A stretch of DNA of 64,000 bases from Minisyncoccia bacterium (GTDB lineage: Bacteria; Patescibacteriota; Minisyncoccia; UBA6257; 2-01-FULL-56-20), in the NCBI GenBank assembly GCA_050015515.1, contig JBEKBG010000001.1, positions 6,028 to 70,027 on the forward strand. The letters run 5' to 3'. The notes below the pieces were generated by a model that saw only the letters and a list, made by a program, of their open reading frames with translations, searched no databases and was not told where the DNA came from. Of this stretch, positions 39,287 through 49,204 are shown piece after piece. Every line of letters begins with the position of its first letter. The stretch's first letter is position 1. The translations under genes were made by a program, and so were the position numbers.

Positions 39287-40642
39287 ATGGATCTTGAACA
39301 AATGTGGCAGTCGACGTTGGGGGAGATGGAAGTTCAACTGACGAAGGCGCATTTTGCAACGTGGTTAAAAAATAGCCGACCGATCGATAAAAAGGATGAT
39401 ACGCTCTTTGTCGCCCTTCCAAGCAACTTCGCGAAGACATGGGTGGAGGAAAAGTATCAGAAAAACATCATCGGCATCGTCCGGAATATGGACACGTCGG
39501 TTAAAAAGATCGAGTTTGTAGTGGGAAATAAGAATATTTCTTTCAATAAGGCGCCGTCCGAACAAACCACCACACAACAAAATGCCGCCGCCGAGCTGGA
39601 CTTCAATAAGACCGACCCGGAAACGGGGCTCAATCCAAAATACACCCTCGCATCGTTCGTTGTTGGACCCTCAAATGAGCTTGCCTTTGCCGCCGCCACC
39701 GCGATCACCGAAGGGCCGGGCAAAAAATATAATCCTTTTTTCATCTACGGCGGCGTCGGCCTCGGGAAGACCCATCTCATTCAAGCTATCGGCAACGAAC
39801 TCATGGTAAAATATAAGGGTAAAGTAAAAACAAAATATGTTTCTTCGGAACAGTTCACGCGCGACATCGTGTGGGGACTACGCAATGATCGCATCGAAAG
39901 TGTAAAGAAAAAATACCGCGACGTTGACGTGCTGATTATCGACGATATTCAGTTTATCGGCGGAAAGGAAAAAACAGAGGAAGAATTCTTCCATACCTTT
40001 AACGCGCTCTATGAGAATGATAAGCAGATCATTATCTCGTCCGATCGTCCGCCACAGTCGTTGCCAACGCTGGAGGAGCGGCTTCGATCGCGTTTTGAAG
40101 GCGGCCTCATTGCCGATGTTTCCTATCCGGAATACGAGATGCGGGTGGCGATCGTCCGCAGCAAGCTCCAGGAGATGAATCGGCAGCTCCCTGACGAAGT
40201 GATCGACCTCATTGCAAAGCGGCTCCGAAAGAACATCCGTGAGTTAGAGGGGGTTCTTAAAAAGATCATATTCCACGAGGAGCGAAAACAGACGGTGATT
40301 ACCGTAAAGGCGGCCGAGGAGATTATCGAGAAGGTGACCCAGAACCTCTCTAGGCGTGTCACTGATGCCCAAATTTTGAAGTCTGTGGCGGAATTCTTTA
40401 ATATCGCCGTGGAAGACCTCATCAGCCATAATCGCCGGAAAGAAGTGGTGGAGCCGCGCCAGATCGCTATCTATCTTCTTCGGGATATCTCGGAGCTTTC
40501 CTATCCGTATATTGGTGAGAAGCTGGGGAGAGACCACACCACCGCTATCCACTCCTATGAAAAGATCAACCGTGAAATCAACAGGAATCCCGCACTTAAC
40601 CAAAAGATATTAACCATAAAGGATATGATTTATAAGAGTTAA
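39287..40642 (+). CDS. dnaA: Chromosomal replication initiator DnaA
   Basis: YNPFFIYGGVGLGKTHL, IDDIQF, EEFFHTFN and RDHTT. Confidence 0.98.
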   Translation: MDLEQMWQSTLGEMEVQLTKAHFATWLKNSRPIDKKDDTLFVALPSNFAKTWVEEKYQKNIIGIVRNMDTSVKKIEFVVGNKNISFNKAPSEQTTTQQNAAAELDFNKTDPETGLNPKYTLASFVVGPSNELAFAAATAITEGPGKKYNPFFIYGGVGLGKTHLIQAIGNELMVKYKGKVKTKYVSSEQFTRDIVWGLRNDRIESVKKKYRDVDVLIIDDIQFIGGKEKTEEEFFHTFNALYENDKQIIISSDRPPQSLPTLEERLRSRFEGGLIADVSYPEYEMRVAIVRSKLQEMNRQLPDEVIDLIAKRLRKNIRELEGVLKKIIFHEERKQTVITVKAAEEIIEKVTQNLSRRVTDAQILKSVAEFFNIAVEDLISHNRRKEVVEPRQIAIYLLRDISELSYPYIGEKLGRDHTTAIHSYEKINREINRNPALNQKILTIKDMIYKS

Positions 40643-40774
40643 TCCAGCGCTTATCCCCGTGGCGATGGGCGAAAAATATAATTAATACTTGATTAAATAA
40701 TTTTTATCCCCAGAAAAGCGCTTCACTAATAACAACTCTAATAAAAAGTATTTAATATAAATTATAATTAAGAG
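40643..40774. other. Probable oriC (dnaA-dnaN spacer)
   Basis: Very AT-rich spacer with DnaA-box-like TTATCCCCG (40651) and TTATCCCCA (40704). More degenerate boxes lie in the rpmH-dnaA spacer. Confidence 0.55.
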
Positions 40775-41887
40775 ATGAAATTTATCGCAATCCGTTCAAA
40801 TATCAAAGATGCGGTTTCAACCATTGAGAAGGCGGTTGGAGAAAACACCAATCTACCAATATTAAAAAACATTTTTATTGAGGCGGAGAACAACACTATC
40901 ATTTTTTCCGCCACCAACTTGGAGATTGCGATCACCCACCGCGTTGCGGGAAAGGTGATCGAGGATGGGAAGATAACCGTGCCTCTCGCGCTTTTTTCTA
41001 GCCTTATTGGGAACATCCAGAGCGACCGGTTGAATTTTGAGAAGAAGGAAAATAACATGGAGATCGCGACGGATAATTACAGCGCGGTGATCAATGGGAT
41101 GTCGCCGGAAGATTTTCCCCTCACGCCGAAAATAAAAAACACCGAGAGCTATATTGAGATCAAAGGCGCGTTTCTCAAGGAGGCGATCCAGCAGGTGACG
41201 GTCGCGTCGCAGTATTCCGATCTGCGGCCGGAGTTGAACAGCGTTCTATTTAATTTTTCATTGGAAAGTTTGGTGCTCGCGTCGACTGATGGATTTCGTT
41301 TGGCGGAGCGATCGATCCCCTCGAATCTTTTTGTGATAAAAAAGAAGGAGCCGTTCAAGATGCTTATTCCTCTGCGAACGGCCATTGAGGTGGCGCGCAT
41401 CATGCGCGATGACGAAGTGGTGCGTATCCATCAGGATGAAAACCAGGTATTGTTTAAAACCGACCAGACGGAACTGATTTCCCGGTTGGTGGAAGGCGCG
41501 TTCCCGGATTATTCCGCGATCGTGCCGCACGAGTTCGCCGCGGAGATCGTGGTAAATCGCGATGAATTCTTGAACGCGATAAAGCTCGCTGGCGTATTCG
41601 GCCAGAAGAACAGCGAGGTTAAAATAAGGATCCATCACAACAAAAAAGCGATCGAGATCAGCTCCGCGGACCAGGCGCTTGGCGAGAACAACAACGTCCT
41701 CCCGGCGAAGATACAAGGAGACATCCCGGAAGTGTTTTTTAATTGGCGCTATCTCTCCGATCCAATGAAGGGCATTAAAGCGGAGGAGGTGTTTCTCGGG
41801 CTGCAGGAAGACGCAGGACCGGCACTGATCCGTTCAGTGAGCGATCAATCGTATTTCTATGTGTTGAAGCCGATTCTCAAACCCTAG
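40775..41887 (+). CDS. dnaN: DNA polymerase III beta clamp
   Basis: ATNLEI, STDGFRLAE and SRLVEGAFPDY; follows dnaA. Confidence 0.97.
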   Translation: MKFIAIRSNIKDAVSTIEKAVGENTNLPILKNIFIEAENNTIIFSATNLEIAITHRVAGKVIEDGKITVPLALFSSLIGNIQSDRLNFEKKENNMEIATDNYSAVINGMSPEDFPLTPKIKNTESYIEIKGAFLKEAIQQVTVASQYSDLRPELNSVLFNFSLESLVLASTDGFRLAERSIPSNLFVIKKKEPFKMLIPLRTAIEVARIMRDDEVVRIHQDENQVLFKTDQTELISRLVEGAFPDYSAIVPHEFAAEIVVNRDEFLNAIKLAGVFGQKNSEVKIRIHHNKKAIEISSADQALGENNNVLPAKIQGDIPEVFFNWRYLSDPMKGIKAEEVFLGLQEDAGPALIRSVSDQSYFYVLKPILKP

Positions 41888-42006
41888 CTCCATACGCATT
41901 ATTATTTGGAGGTCGCGTATTTTTCTGCTGAAAAATCGCTACTTCTCGCCGCCTTCGCGGCTCCGAAATACCTCCAAATAATAATGCGTATGGAGCTAGG
42001 ATTTGA
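41877..42006. repeat. Long palindrome, family B loop
   Basis: Perfect 31-bp arms 41883-41913/41970-42000, extended by 5 bp after one mismatch. Overlaps the dnaN stop. Confidence 0.92.
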
Positions 42007-42095
42007 CAGTTTGAATTTTTAAAACCCCCTATCCTCCAAGAATCACAGAGGACATCTTATATTTGCCAAAACGAAGTTCCTTAGATGGGAACAAT

Positions 42096-42839
42096 TCAAT
42101 TTAAAAATAATTTTCTAAGTGCTATTGCCAAGCCATCATTCGTCACGCTCGGAGCAATAAAATCAGCCTTCTTTTTAAGCTCATCTGAACCATTTCCCAT
42201 GGCTATTTTATACTTTGAAATCTCAAATAGCGGTAAGTCATTATTTCCATCTCCTGCTGTGACTATATTATCTTTATGTATGTCTAATATTTTTAAAAGT
42301 ACTTCTAGGGCGTGACGTTTTGTTGCTTCGGCATGCGTTATATGGATGTCAAAATGGTCTGGTGTCCACGACATGACTTTATACGCCGCGATGTCGGGTA
42401 TTCGATTTAACTTCGCGAGTATGTCTTCTGCGTCTTCCCTATTAACTGGTTCAATATAGATTATTCTTTCCGGTTCTTTGACCACTTTCTTTTTTGCTAG
42501 TTCACTTACTTCGTCATCGCCAAAGAAGACGGGATACGGATATTGAGAAGCAATTTTCATAATCGCCTCAACTTGAAATATTTCCATATCTTTTCCCCAG
42601 AGAATCTTCTTGGTCGTCGGATCTACGATTTGTGTTCCTCCGGAGATAATACATGGGTCGGTTAGCCCCAATCTCTGAATAATCGGCAGTGAGTTGAAGA
42701 GCGGCCTCCCGGTCGCAACGCATACTTTCATCCTGCCTCGCAGTTGTTTAATAACTTCTATTAAATTATCAGTAGGCATCCCGTTCGGCTCGTTTGGAAT
42801 TGCTGTACCATCTAGATCAAATATTAGTGCTTTGTACAT
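42096..42839 (-). CDS. Cof-type HAD hydrolase (low GC)
   Basis: FDLDGT, VATGR, GDGNND and AMGN motifs. Confidence 0.9.
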   Translation of the reverse strand: MYKALIFDLDGTAIPNEPNGMPTDNLIEVIKQLRGRMKVCVATGRPLFNSLPIIQRLGLTDPCIISGGTQIVDPTTKKILWGKDMEIFQVEAIMKIASQYPYPVFFGDDEVSELAKKKVVKEPERIIYIEPVNREDAEDILAKLNRIPDIAAYKVMSWTPDHFDIHITHAEATKRHALEVLLKILDIHKDNIVTAGDGNNDLPLFEISKYKIAMGNGSDELKKKADFIAPSVTNDGLAIALRKLFLN

Positions 42840-42864
42840 TTCCTTTCTCAGGGTGATTGGGATA

Positions 42865-44997
42865 TTAGTTCCCATATCCATTCGCGCGCGCCCAGTTCTC
42901 GACGCCAACCTCCCAGTTATTATATTGCGGGTCCACTGCGGGGTTGGTAGGATCCGGTCCGGTGGGGTCGCTCTTGTCCACATAGTAGAGAATGCTGTGT
43001 ATTTGTCCGTTGATGTTGTATTGCCCGGCGAGGATCGGCTTATCGGGGCTTGTCGGGTCGGGCGGGGTGAAGGTCGTGTTCGGCGCTTCGGGTAGTGCTT
43101 GGGTCATGAACGCGCTCCACATCGGGACTGCTGCCAGAATACTTGACCCCGCCTTCTGCATCGGCGCATCATTGTTGTTGCCTGCCCAGACGCCGACGAC
43201 GAGCGACGGCGTGTATCCCATTGCCCACGCATCGGTGTAGTTGTTCGACGTTCCCGTCTTGAGCGCCACATCATAACCCGGGAATACAGTAAGGCCTTGG
43301 CTCCCCCCCATCAGCGGCGCGCGCGCGGCGGCGTCGGATAAAATATCATTCACAAGATTTATTGATTGCGCGTCCGCCACTTGTGATACCTGGTCTTGAT
43401 AAGACTCCAGTGTGTTGCCATTCGCGTCTTGCACGGAAAGGATCATCGACTGAGCGTGCTTAACCCCTTGTTCCGCGAGCACGGAATATGCCTCGGTGAG
43501 ATCGATGAGTTTTACCGCGCCGCCGCCGAGCACAAGCGAGAGGCCGTACTGCGATGGGCTGCCGAAAGTGCTGATGCCAAAGTTGGTCATGTTTTGGATC
43601 GCGTTTTGCTCGCCCACGAGGTAGAGCATTTTTACCGCCGGTACGTTCACCGACTGGGCGAGCGCGTTGCGGATAGTGAGCGGCCCGGCAAATGTTCCCT
43701 CGAAGTCCTGTGGATGGAAGCAATTTTTATTGGTGGAATTAAAATCAGGGACAGCAGGACATTCCGCATTGGTGCTGAACTCCGTCGGGACGTCAAATAA
43801 GATCGTGTCTGGCGTGTATCCCATTTGGAAAGCGGTCATATAGACAAATGGCTTCAGCGACGATCCCGGTTGGCGCAGGCCCTGCGTTGCCACGTCAAAG
43901 TTGCCGTCATTCGCGGTATTAAAGTAATCTGCCGACCCTACCAGCGCCAAAATTTGGCCCGTCACGGGGTCTTGCGCGACGAGCGCGGCGTTCGTTGATT
44001 TGTAAAGCTGCGTGTTGCGTGCGACGCCCGCAGTGACCGCCACTTCGGCTTGCTGCTGCATCGTCCAGTTAAGCGTGGTGATCACTTTCAACCCGCCATT
44101 ATCCACCTCATTCTCGCCATATTTTTGCACGAGATAATTTTCCACTGCCATCACAAAGTGCGGTGCGCGGATTCCCGTTCCGCTCTCCGTCTGCGGCTGG
44201 AAGACGATCTTGAAGTTTTGCGCGGCGGTCAGCTGGGCTTTGGTGATCTTGCCGGTGCTATACATCTGTTGAAGCACCAACTGCTGGCGTTGGAGTAGCT
44301 CGCTCACGTGCGTACCGTACGGGGAATAGTATGTTGGCGCCTGCGGGAGCGCGGCGAGCACCGCACTTTGTGCGATACTGAGCTGGCTCACCGGCACACC
44401 AAAATAATCCTGTGCTGCCTCACCCACGCCGGAAATATTCGGGCCGTACGGGACCTCGTTCAGGTAGAGCGCGAGAATCTGGTCTTTGGAATAATACTCA
44501 TTCAATTTGACCGCGAGAATGAATTCCCTGATCTTGCGCGAGACTGTCTGGTTGAGCGTCAGGAACGCGGTGCGCGCGAGCTGTTGGGTGAGCGTCGATC
44601 CACCCTCGGCAAATGAATGGGTGGTGATGTCCACGAAGAGTGCGCGGATGATGCCTTTAATGTCGAACGCCGGCTCATTATAAAATTGCTGGTCTTCGAT
44701 GGCGATCGTAGCATCCTTGACGCTCTGCGGAATTTGGTCAAACGGCACGAGCGTCCGATGCTGGCCATTGTCTATGTCGTATAAAAGCACAGTGCCCGTC
44801 CGATCGTAGATTTTTGTGGATTGTCCGATTTGCTGGGTGCCGATCTCCTGGATAGACGGCACCGTTTTTGCAAAATAAAGCACCGCCAGACAGAGGATGA
44901 TCGCGCCCGACGCCACAACGACGCCTGATATTTGCAGCATCTTGACGTATTTTTTCTTTTTTGGACGGCGAAGAAGGCTTTTAACGTCGTTACTCAT
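42865..44997 (-). CDS. Class A penicillin-binding protein (PBP1A family)
   Basis: EDQQFY, GGSTLTQQL, RK..E, SSLK, SVN and KTG motifs. Confidence 0.95.
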   Translation of the reverse strand: MSNDVKSLLRRPKKKKYVKMLQISGVVVASGAIILCLAVLYFAKTVPSIQEIGTQQIGQSTKIYDRTGTVLLYDIDNGQHRTLVPFDQIPQSVKDATIAIEDQQFYNEPAFDIKGIIRALFVDITTHSFAEGGSTLTQQLARTAFLTLNQTVSRKIREFILAVKLNEYYSKDQILALYLNEVPYGPNISGVGEAAQDYFGVPVSQLSIAQSAVLAALPQAPTYYSPYGTHVSELLQRQQLVLQQMYSTGKITKAQLTAAQNFKIVFQPQTESGTGIRAPHFVMAVENYLVQKYGENEVDNGGLKVITTLNWTMQQQAEVAVTAGVARNTQLYKSTNAALVAQDPVTGQILALVGSADYFNTANDGNFDVATQGLRQPGSSLKPFVYMTAFQMGYTPDTILFDVPTEFSTNAECPAVPDFNSTNKNCFHPQDFEGTFAGPLTIRNALAQSVNVPAVKMLYLVGEQNAIQNMTNFGISTFGSPSQYGLSLVLGGGAVKLIDLTEAYSVLAEQGVKHAQSMILSVQDANGNTLESYQDQVSQVADAQSINLVNDILSDAAARAPLMGGSQGLTVFPGYDVALKTGTSNNYTDAWAMGYTPSLVVGVWAGNNNDAPMQKAGSSILAAVPMWSAFMTQALPEAPNTTFTPPDPTSPDKPILAGQYNINGQIHSILYYVDKSDPTGPDPTNPAVDPQYNNWEVGVENWARANGYGN

Positions 44998-45089
44998 AAA
45001 AAGTGCCTCTTTATTTTACCTCTTTTCACTCTTTTCTTGTATCTTTCTTTCTCTTTCTTCTTCTCTTTCTTCTTCTCTCCATTTTTTCG

Positions 45090-45167
45090 AACAAAACAAA
45101 ACTCCCCCTACTTTTGGACCGTTATTCTTATATCTAGGTCCAAAAGTAGGGGGAGTTTTGTTTTGTT
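45090..45167. repeat. Long palindrome (family D)
   Basis: Perfect 31-bp arms 45090-45120/45137-45167; loop GTTATTCTTATATCTA; abuts the stop of a small acidic gene. Confidence 0.92.
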
Positions 45168-45336
45168 ACTCCGTCGGTTCGGCGTCGTCAGGCGCAGCAT
45201 TGTCATCGCCCTTGAGAAGATTATCGTCACCATCTTCATCAACATCCTCGTCGGGACTGTCGATGGTTATCTCATCCGGATCTTCATCGCTCAATCCGCG
45301 GAATTCGAGTTTTAATGGAAATAATTCAGTTACCAT
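45166..45336 (-). CDS. Small very acidic protein (56 aa)
   Basis: Read manually: MVTELFPLKLEFRGLSDEDPDEITIDSPDEDVDEDGDDNLLKGDDNAAPDDAEPTE. Confidence 0.6.
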   Translation of the reverse strand: MVTELFPLKLEFRGLSDEDPDEITIDSPDEDVDEDGDDNLLKGDDNAAPDDAEPTE

Positions 45337-45384
45337 AGTTACCAATGTTTCACGACCTTTTTTATTTTCAACCAGTATATTGTA

Positions 45385-45867
45385 TCATCGCGTGCTGTCA
45401 AGCAAGTGGTCGCCTGTGGATAAGATCGCGAGTGCGAGCGCGTCGCTCGCGTCATCGATTACCCTAAGGTCAGCCTTGCCCAGGATAAGGCGTACCATCT
45501 TAAGCACCGCTTTCTTGTCCGCCATACCGTATCCCGCCACGCCGGACTTTACTTCGTTCGGGGTGTATTCCTTTATACGAACACCGCGCTCTTTTGTTGC
45601 AAGAAGGATGACGCCGCGTGCCTGTGCTACCGCGAGCGCGGTTTTTGTATTTTTTGCAAAGAACAATTTTTCAATGGCCACCACATCCGGCTTGTGCTTT
45701 TTTATGAGCGCATCGATGCCTTTTTTTGTCTCCTTAAGCGCAGGGACGTCGTCGGCGGAGGTGATGGTAAGAATTCCCGCAGCCACGTAGGCGACCGTCG
45801 GCCCATTACACTCCACCACGCCGTATCCTATCCGCCGGGTTCCGGGGTCAATGCCAAGCGCGATCAT
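45385..45867 (-). CDS. ruvC: Holliday junction resolvase RuvC
   Basis: LGIDPG, AIEKLFF, QARGV and DDASDALA. Confidence 0.95.
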   Translation of the reverse strand: MIALGIDPGTRRIGYGVVECNGPTVAYVAAGILTITSADDVPALKETKKGIDALIKKHKPDVVAIEKLFFAKNTKTALAVAQARGVILLATKERGVRIKEYTPNEVKSGVAGYGMADKKAVLKMVRLILGKADLRVIDDASDALALAILSTGDHLLDSTR

Positions 45868-45883
45868 AAAAGTGAAAATTTCA

Positions 45884-46429
45884 TTAAAAATTAATATTGG
45901 TATAAACGTTTTGGACGTCGTCATTCTCTTCGAGCGTTTCAAGGAGGTCGGCAAGTTTTTGCTTTTCTTCTTCGTTGGCGATATCCTGCGGGAACTTTGC
46001 GGTCCATTCGCCCCACTCTTCTCCTCCAGCCGGTTCAAACGCCCATCGCACACTTCCGGATTCTGCCCACTTACCGTTATGGTCGCGCAAAATAGTTTTT
46101 ATTTCCTGGACGGTGCGATTGCGGTTGTCGCTAATCGCGGTGATAAGGATCGCGGAGCCGCTTGGGCCGTATGCCTCGAACAATAACTCCTCCAATTTTT
46201 CCGTCGGCTCGGCGGCACGCTTGATCGCGCGATCGATCGTATCCGCCGGCACGCCCGCCTCGCGCGCTTTTTCCATCGCCGTGCGCAGGCGCGGATTAAA
46301 GTCCGGGTTCGGCTCCGTGCGCGCCGCCGCCGAGATCAGCTTGAGCGATTTCGAAAATATCTTCGCCCGCTTTTTGTCGGTGATCTCCTTTTTATGCTTT
46401 ATTCCTGACCAATGCGAGTGTCCTGACAT
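45884..46429 (-). CDS. yebC: YebC/PmpR-family protein
   Basis: MSGHSHWSGIKHKK, NPRLR, EAYGPSG and DDVQNVYTN. Confidence 0.95.
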   Translation of the reverse strand: MSGHSHWSGIKHKKEITDKKRAKIFSKSLKLISAAARTEPNPDFNPRLRTAMEKAREAGVPADTIDRAIKRAAEPTEKLEELLFEAYGPSGSAILITAISDNRNRTVQEIKTILRDHNGKWAESGSVRWAFEPAGGEEWGEWTAKFPQDIANEEEKQKLADLLETLEENDDVQNVYTNINF

Positions 46430-46536
46430 GGTGTTATATATCCCTCGCATTATATCGCCGCCCACGTGCAAAAAAAAGCCGCCGGAGGAAAGACTGGTTG
46501 GTCTTTCCGTCCGGCGGGCTGGGTGCTTTCATGCGG

Positions 46537-47235
46537 CTAGCGCCTAAAAGCATTCGTGATCTCCGTGTCGGCACCAGGGAACCACTTGGAGTAGGTTCCC
46601 CAGGCCATGAATTGGCTGAACGCGTTCCGGCTGAGAAGGCGGTTGAGATCCTGTCTCGCCGCATTACCAATCGTGGCGTTTAGATCGCTGGAGTCGCTCT
46701 CGTAATACGTTCCTCCGCCACGATTCCCGTAGCTGGAGCTGAAGCTACTTCCGCTTCCAGCCGGTGCCAGGCACTGGGAGTGGCCCAGCGGTACGGTTGG
46801 TCTCTCGCCGCCATTCTTCTCGTCGTACTTCACAAGGAAGACGTCAAGGTTGATAGGATAGAGACTCCCGTTGAACGAGCCACCGGATTGATATCCGTTT
46901 CCGCCGTAGCCGCCCATTTGGCTGGACGATGCGACTTGCATCGCGCCACCGACACTGATCCGTACGCAGACGAGGGTATGGCCGAAAACGCACGGGTTGC
47001 GCCCTTCGACGAAGTCGCGAGCGCCTAGCTTCATAAAGAGGTCCTTTGCGCTCACTGCGCTGGTTCCGCCGAAGTCGATCGCGATTAGAGCCCCCTTGAA
47101 GTCGGGGCGCTTGGAGTCCGCTTTTGCGTCGGCGTCATAATGTATGACGCGTGCTTCCTGCGCCAGCGCGATGCCGGCACAGAAGAGAACCATTATTCCG
47201 GTCCATGCCAGAACGTTAGTGATGAGTTTCTTCAT
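46537..47235 (-). CDS. Secreted hypothetical protein
   Basis: GGAGGAGG RBS, signal peptide and Gly/Ser-rich loops; terminator at about 46470-46520. Confidence 0.7.
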   Translation of the reverse strand: MKKLITNVLAWTGIMVLFCAGIALAQEARVIHYDADAKADSKRPDFKGALIAIDFGGTSAVSAKDLFMKLGARDFVEGRNPCVFGHTLVCVRISVGGAMQVASSSQMGGYGGNGYQSGGSFNGSLYPINLDVFLVKYDEKNGGERPTVPLGHSQCLAPAGSGSSFSSSYGNRGGGTYYESDSSDLNATIGNAARQDLNRLLSRNAFSQFMAWGTYSKWFPGADTEITNAFRR

Positions 47236-47398
47236 AGTTCCTCCTCCGCGCCGTATAGGCGCTGACCATATTTCAATTTCAAGTTGCAGGTATATTATAC
47301 CAGATAACATAGCGATTTGTCAAGCTTCGCAAAAAGGCATTAAAAACCTCTTAAAACCTGCTTGAATGGCGGTCCGTGAAGGGGTATCATCATATCAA

Positions 47399-49075
47399 AT
47401 GCTTGACGCACCTCAAAACGAGCTCAAGGAGAAGTTGGTGAAGCTGCGCCGCGATGGGGAGGAGCGGGCCGCGCAACGGCTTGCGGGGAATCTTGGGCTC
47501 TCGTATGTGGACCTTGGGAAGGTTCCCGTGTCGCTTGACGCGGTAAAAATTATTTCCGAAACCGAAGCGAAAGATGCGAAGGTTGCGGCGATTGAAGTGA
47601 AGTCTGAGAAGGTGGCGCTCGCGGCGATCAACCCCGAATTGCCCGCGACGAAAAAAATCGTGGAGGAGCTGGCGGCAAAAAAATATGAAGTGAAGGTCGT
47701 CGTCGTTTCGCCGTCCAGCATGGATGCGGCGTGGAAATTTTATCAATTTGTGAAGCCGGAGGCGGAAACGATCACGGGAAAAGTGGAGATCGCGCCGGAT
47801 CGCCTTGCGGCGTTGAAAGCAAAGTTGATCACCATTAATGCCGTACGCGCGGAGATCGCGGCGCAGCCGCTTGCGAATGTGTCGCCGGTGGCGCTCATTG
47901 AAATAATTTTGGCGGGCGCGATGGGATTGCGCGCGTCGGACATCCATACCGAAGCGGGCGAGAAAAAAGCGAAGATCCGCTTCCGCATAGACGGGCTGCT
48001 CCACGACATCTTCGATGAGATCCCGCTCGCGACGTACCATTCGTTCGTGTCGCGCATCAAGTTGCTTTCCGAGATGAAGCTGAATGTGCGCGATGCGGCG
48101 CAGGACGGACGGTTCACGATCGGCCTCGGCGGCAAGGACATCGAGATGCGCGTGTCGGTGATCCCGGCGGAGTTCGGCGAGACGATTGTGATGAGAATTT
48201 TGGATCCGTCGGCGACGATGGTTGGTCTGCCGGATTTGGGATTGCGCCCCGACAATCTGGAGGTGGTAAAGAAAAAAATCGCCCAGCCGAATGGCCTGAT
48301 CTTGAACACCGGACCGACCGGTTCCGGAAAGACGACGACACTGTACGCGTTCCTGCGCACTATGAACGATCCGACAATGAAGATCATCACACTTGAGGAT
48401 CCGATCGAATATCGCATCGAGGGAATCGAACAGACGCAGGTGGACAACGAGGCGGGATATACTTTTGGAAACGGCCTGCGCGCGATCGTGCGTCAGGACC
48501 CGGACGTGATCCTGGTCGGCGAGGTGCGTGATCTTGAGACGGCGGACATCGCGTTGGAGGCGGCGTTGACGGGGCACTTGGTATTGTCTACTTTGCACAC
48601 CAACGACGCCGTTGGCGCGGTGCCGCGCTTGATCAATCTCGGCGTCAAAGCGGTGAGCATCGGGCCGGCGCTTTCTCTCGTGATCGCCCAGCGCCTCGTG
48701 CGCGTGCTGTGCAAGGATTGCAAGAAGCCAATTGACACCGACGCGGCGGTTGCGGAGAAGATCAAAAAATTCCTCGATGCGTTGCCGGCCAAGGTGGATA
48801 GATCCCTCTACGTTAATTACAAAATGTACGCGCCGGTGGGATGCGAAAAATGCAATGGTATCGGATACAAAGGTCGCGTGGGAGTGTTTGAATTTTTAGA
48901 AGGCGGTTCGGACTTGGAAAAGACTATTTTGCACGAGGCATCGGAGGTCGCTCTGCGCGAGGTCGCCGCGCGGCAGGAGATGGTGACGATGCAGCAGGAC
49001 GGGATATTGAAAGTGCTAGAGGGGAAGACGACGTTCGAGGAGGTGGGAAGCGCAACAGGGGAGATCGCGTGGTGA
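47399..49075 (+). CDS. pilB: Type IV pilus assembly ATPase PilB/GspE
   Basis: ASDIH, QDGRF, GPTGSGKTT, RQDPD.ILVGE, TGHLV.STLH and CxxC pairs. Confidence 0.93.
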   Translation: MLDAPQNELKEKLVKLRRDGEERAAQRLAGNLGLSYVDLGKVPVSLDAVKIISETEAKDAKVAAIEVKSEKVALAAINPELPATKKIVEELAAKKYEVKVVVVSPSSMDAAWKFYQFVKPEAETITGKVEIAPDRLAALKAKLITINAVRAEIAAQPLANVSPVALIEIILAGAMGLRASDIHTEAGEKKAKIRFRIDGLLHDIFDEIPLATYHSFVSRIKLLSEMKLNVRDAAQDGRFTIGLGGKDIEMRVSVIPAEFGETIVMRILDPSATMVGLPDLGLRPDNLEVVKKKIAQPNGLILNTGPTGSGKTTTLYAFLRTMNDPTMKIITLEDPIEYRIEGIEQTQVDNEAGYTFGNGLRAIVRQDPDVILVGEVRDLETADIALEAALTGHLVLSTLHTNDAVGAVPRLINLGVKAVSIGPALSLVIAQRLVRVLCKDCKKPIDTDAAVAEKIKKFLDALPAKVDRSLYVNYKMYAPVGCEKCNGIGYKGRVGVFEFLEGGSDLEKTILHEASEVALREVAARQEMVTMQQDGILKVLEGKTTFEEVGSATGEIAW

Positions 49076-49195
49076 GAGATATGCACTTTGTTATTTGGGG
49101 TACGCGTTCCGGCCTTCTGGCCGGCCGCTCCATCTCGGCGGCCTTCGCCGCCTCCGATAGCCCCCAAATAACAAAGTGCATATCTCTCACCACGC
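49067..49195. repeat. Long palindrome, family B loop
   Basis: Perfect 34-bp arms 49067-49100/49162-49195, including the last 9 nt of pilB. Confidence 0.95.
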
Positions 49196-49204
49196 AACCA
49201 CCTT

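Noticed and set aside
45010-45085. Pyrimidine-rich tract that could encode a short Arg/Lys peptide on the minus strand
   Set aside because: Low-complexity sequence of only 17 codons, with no supporting signals.
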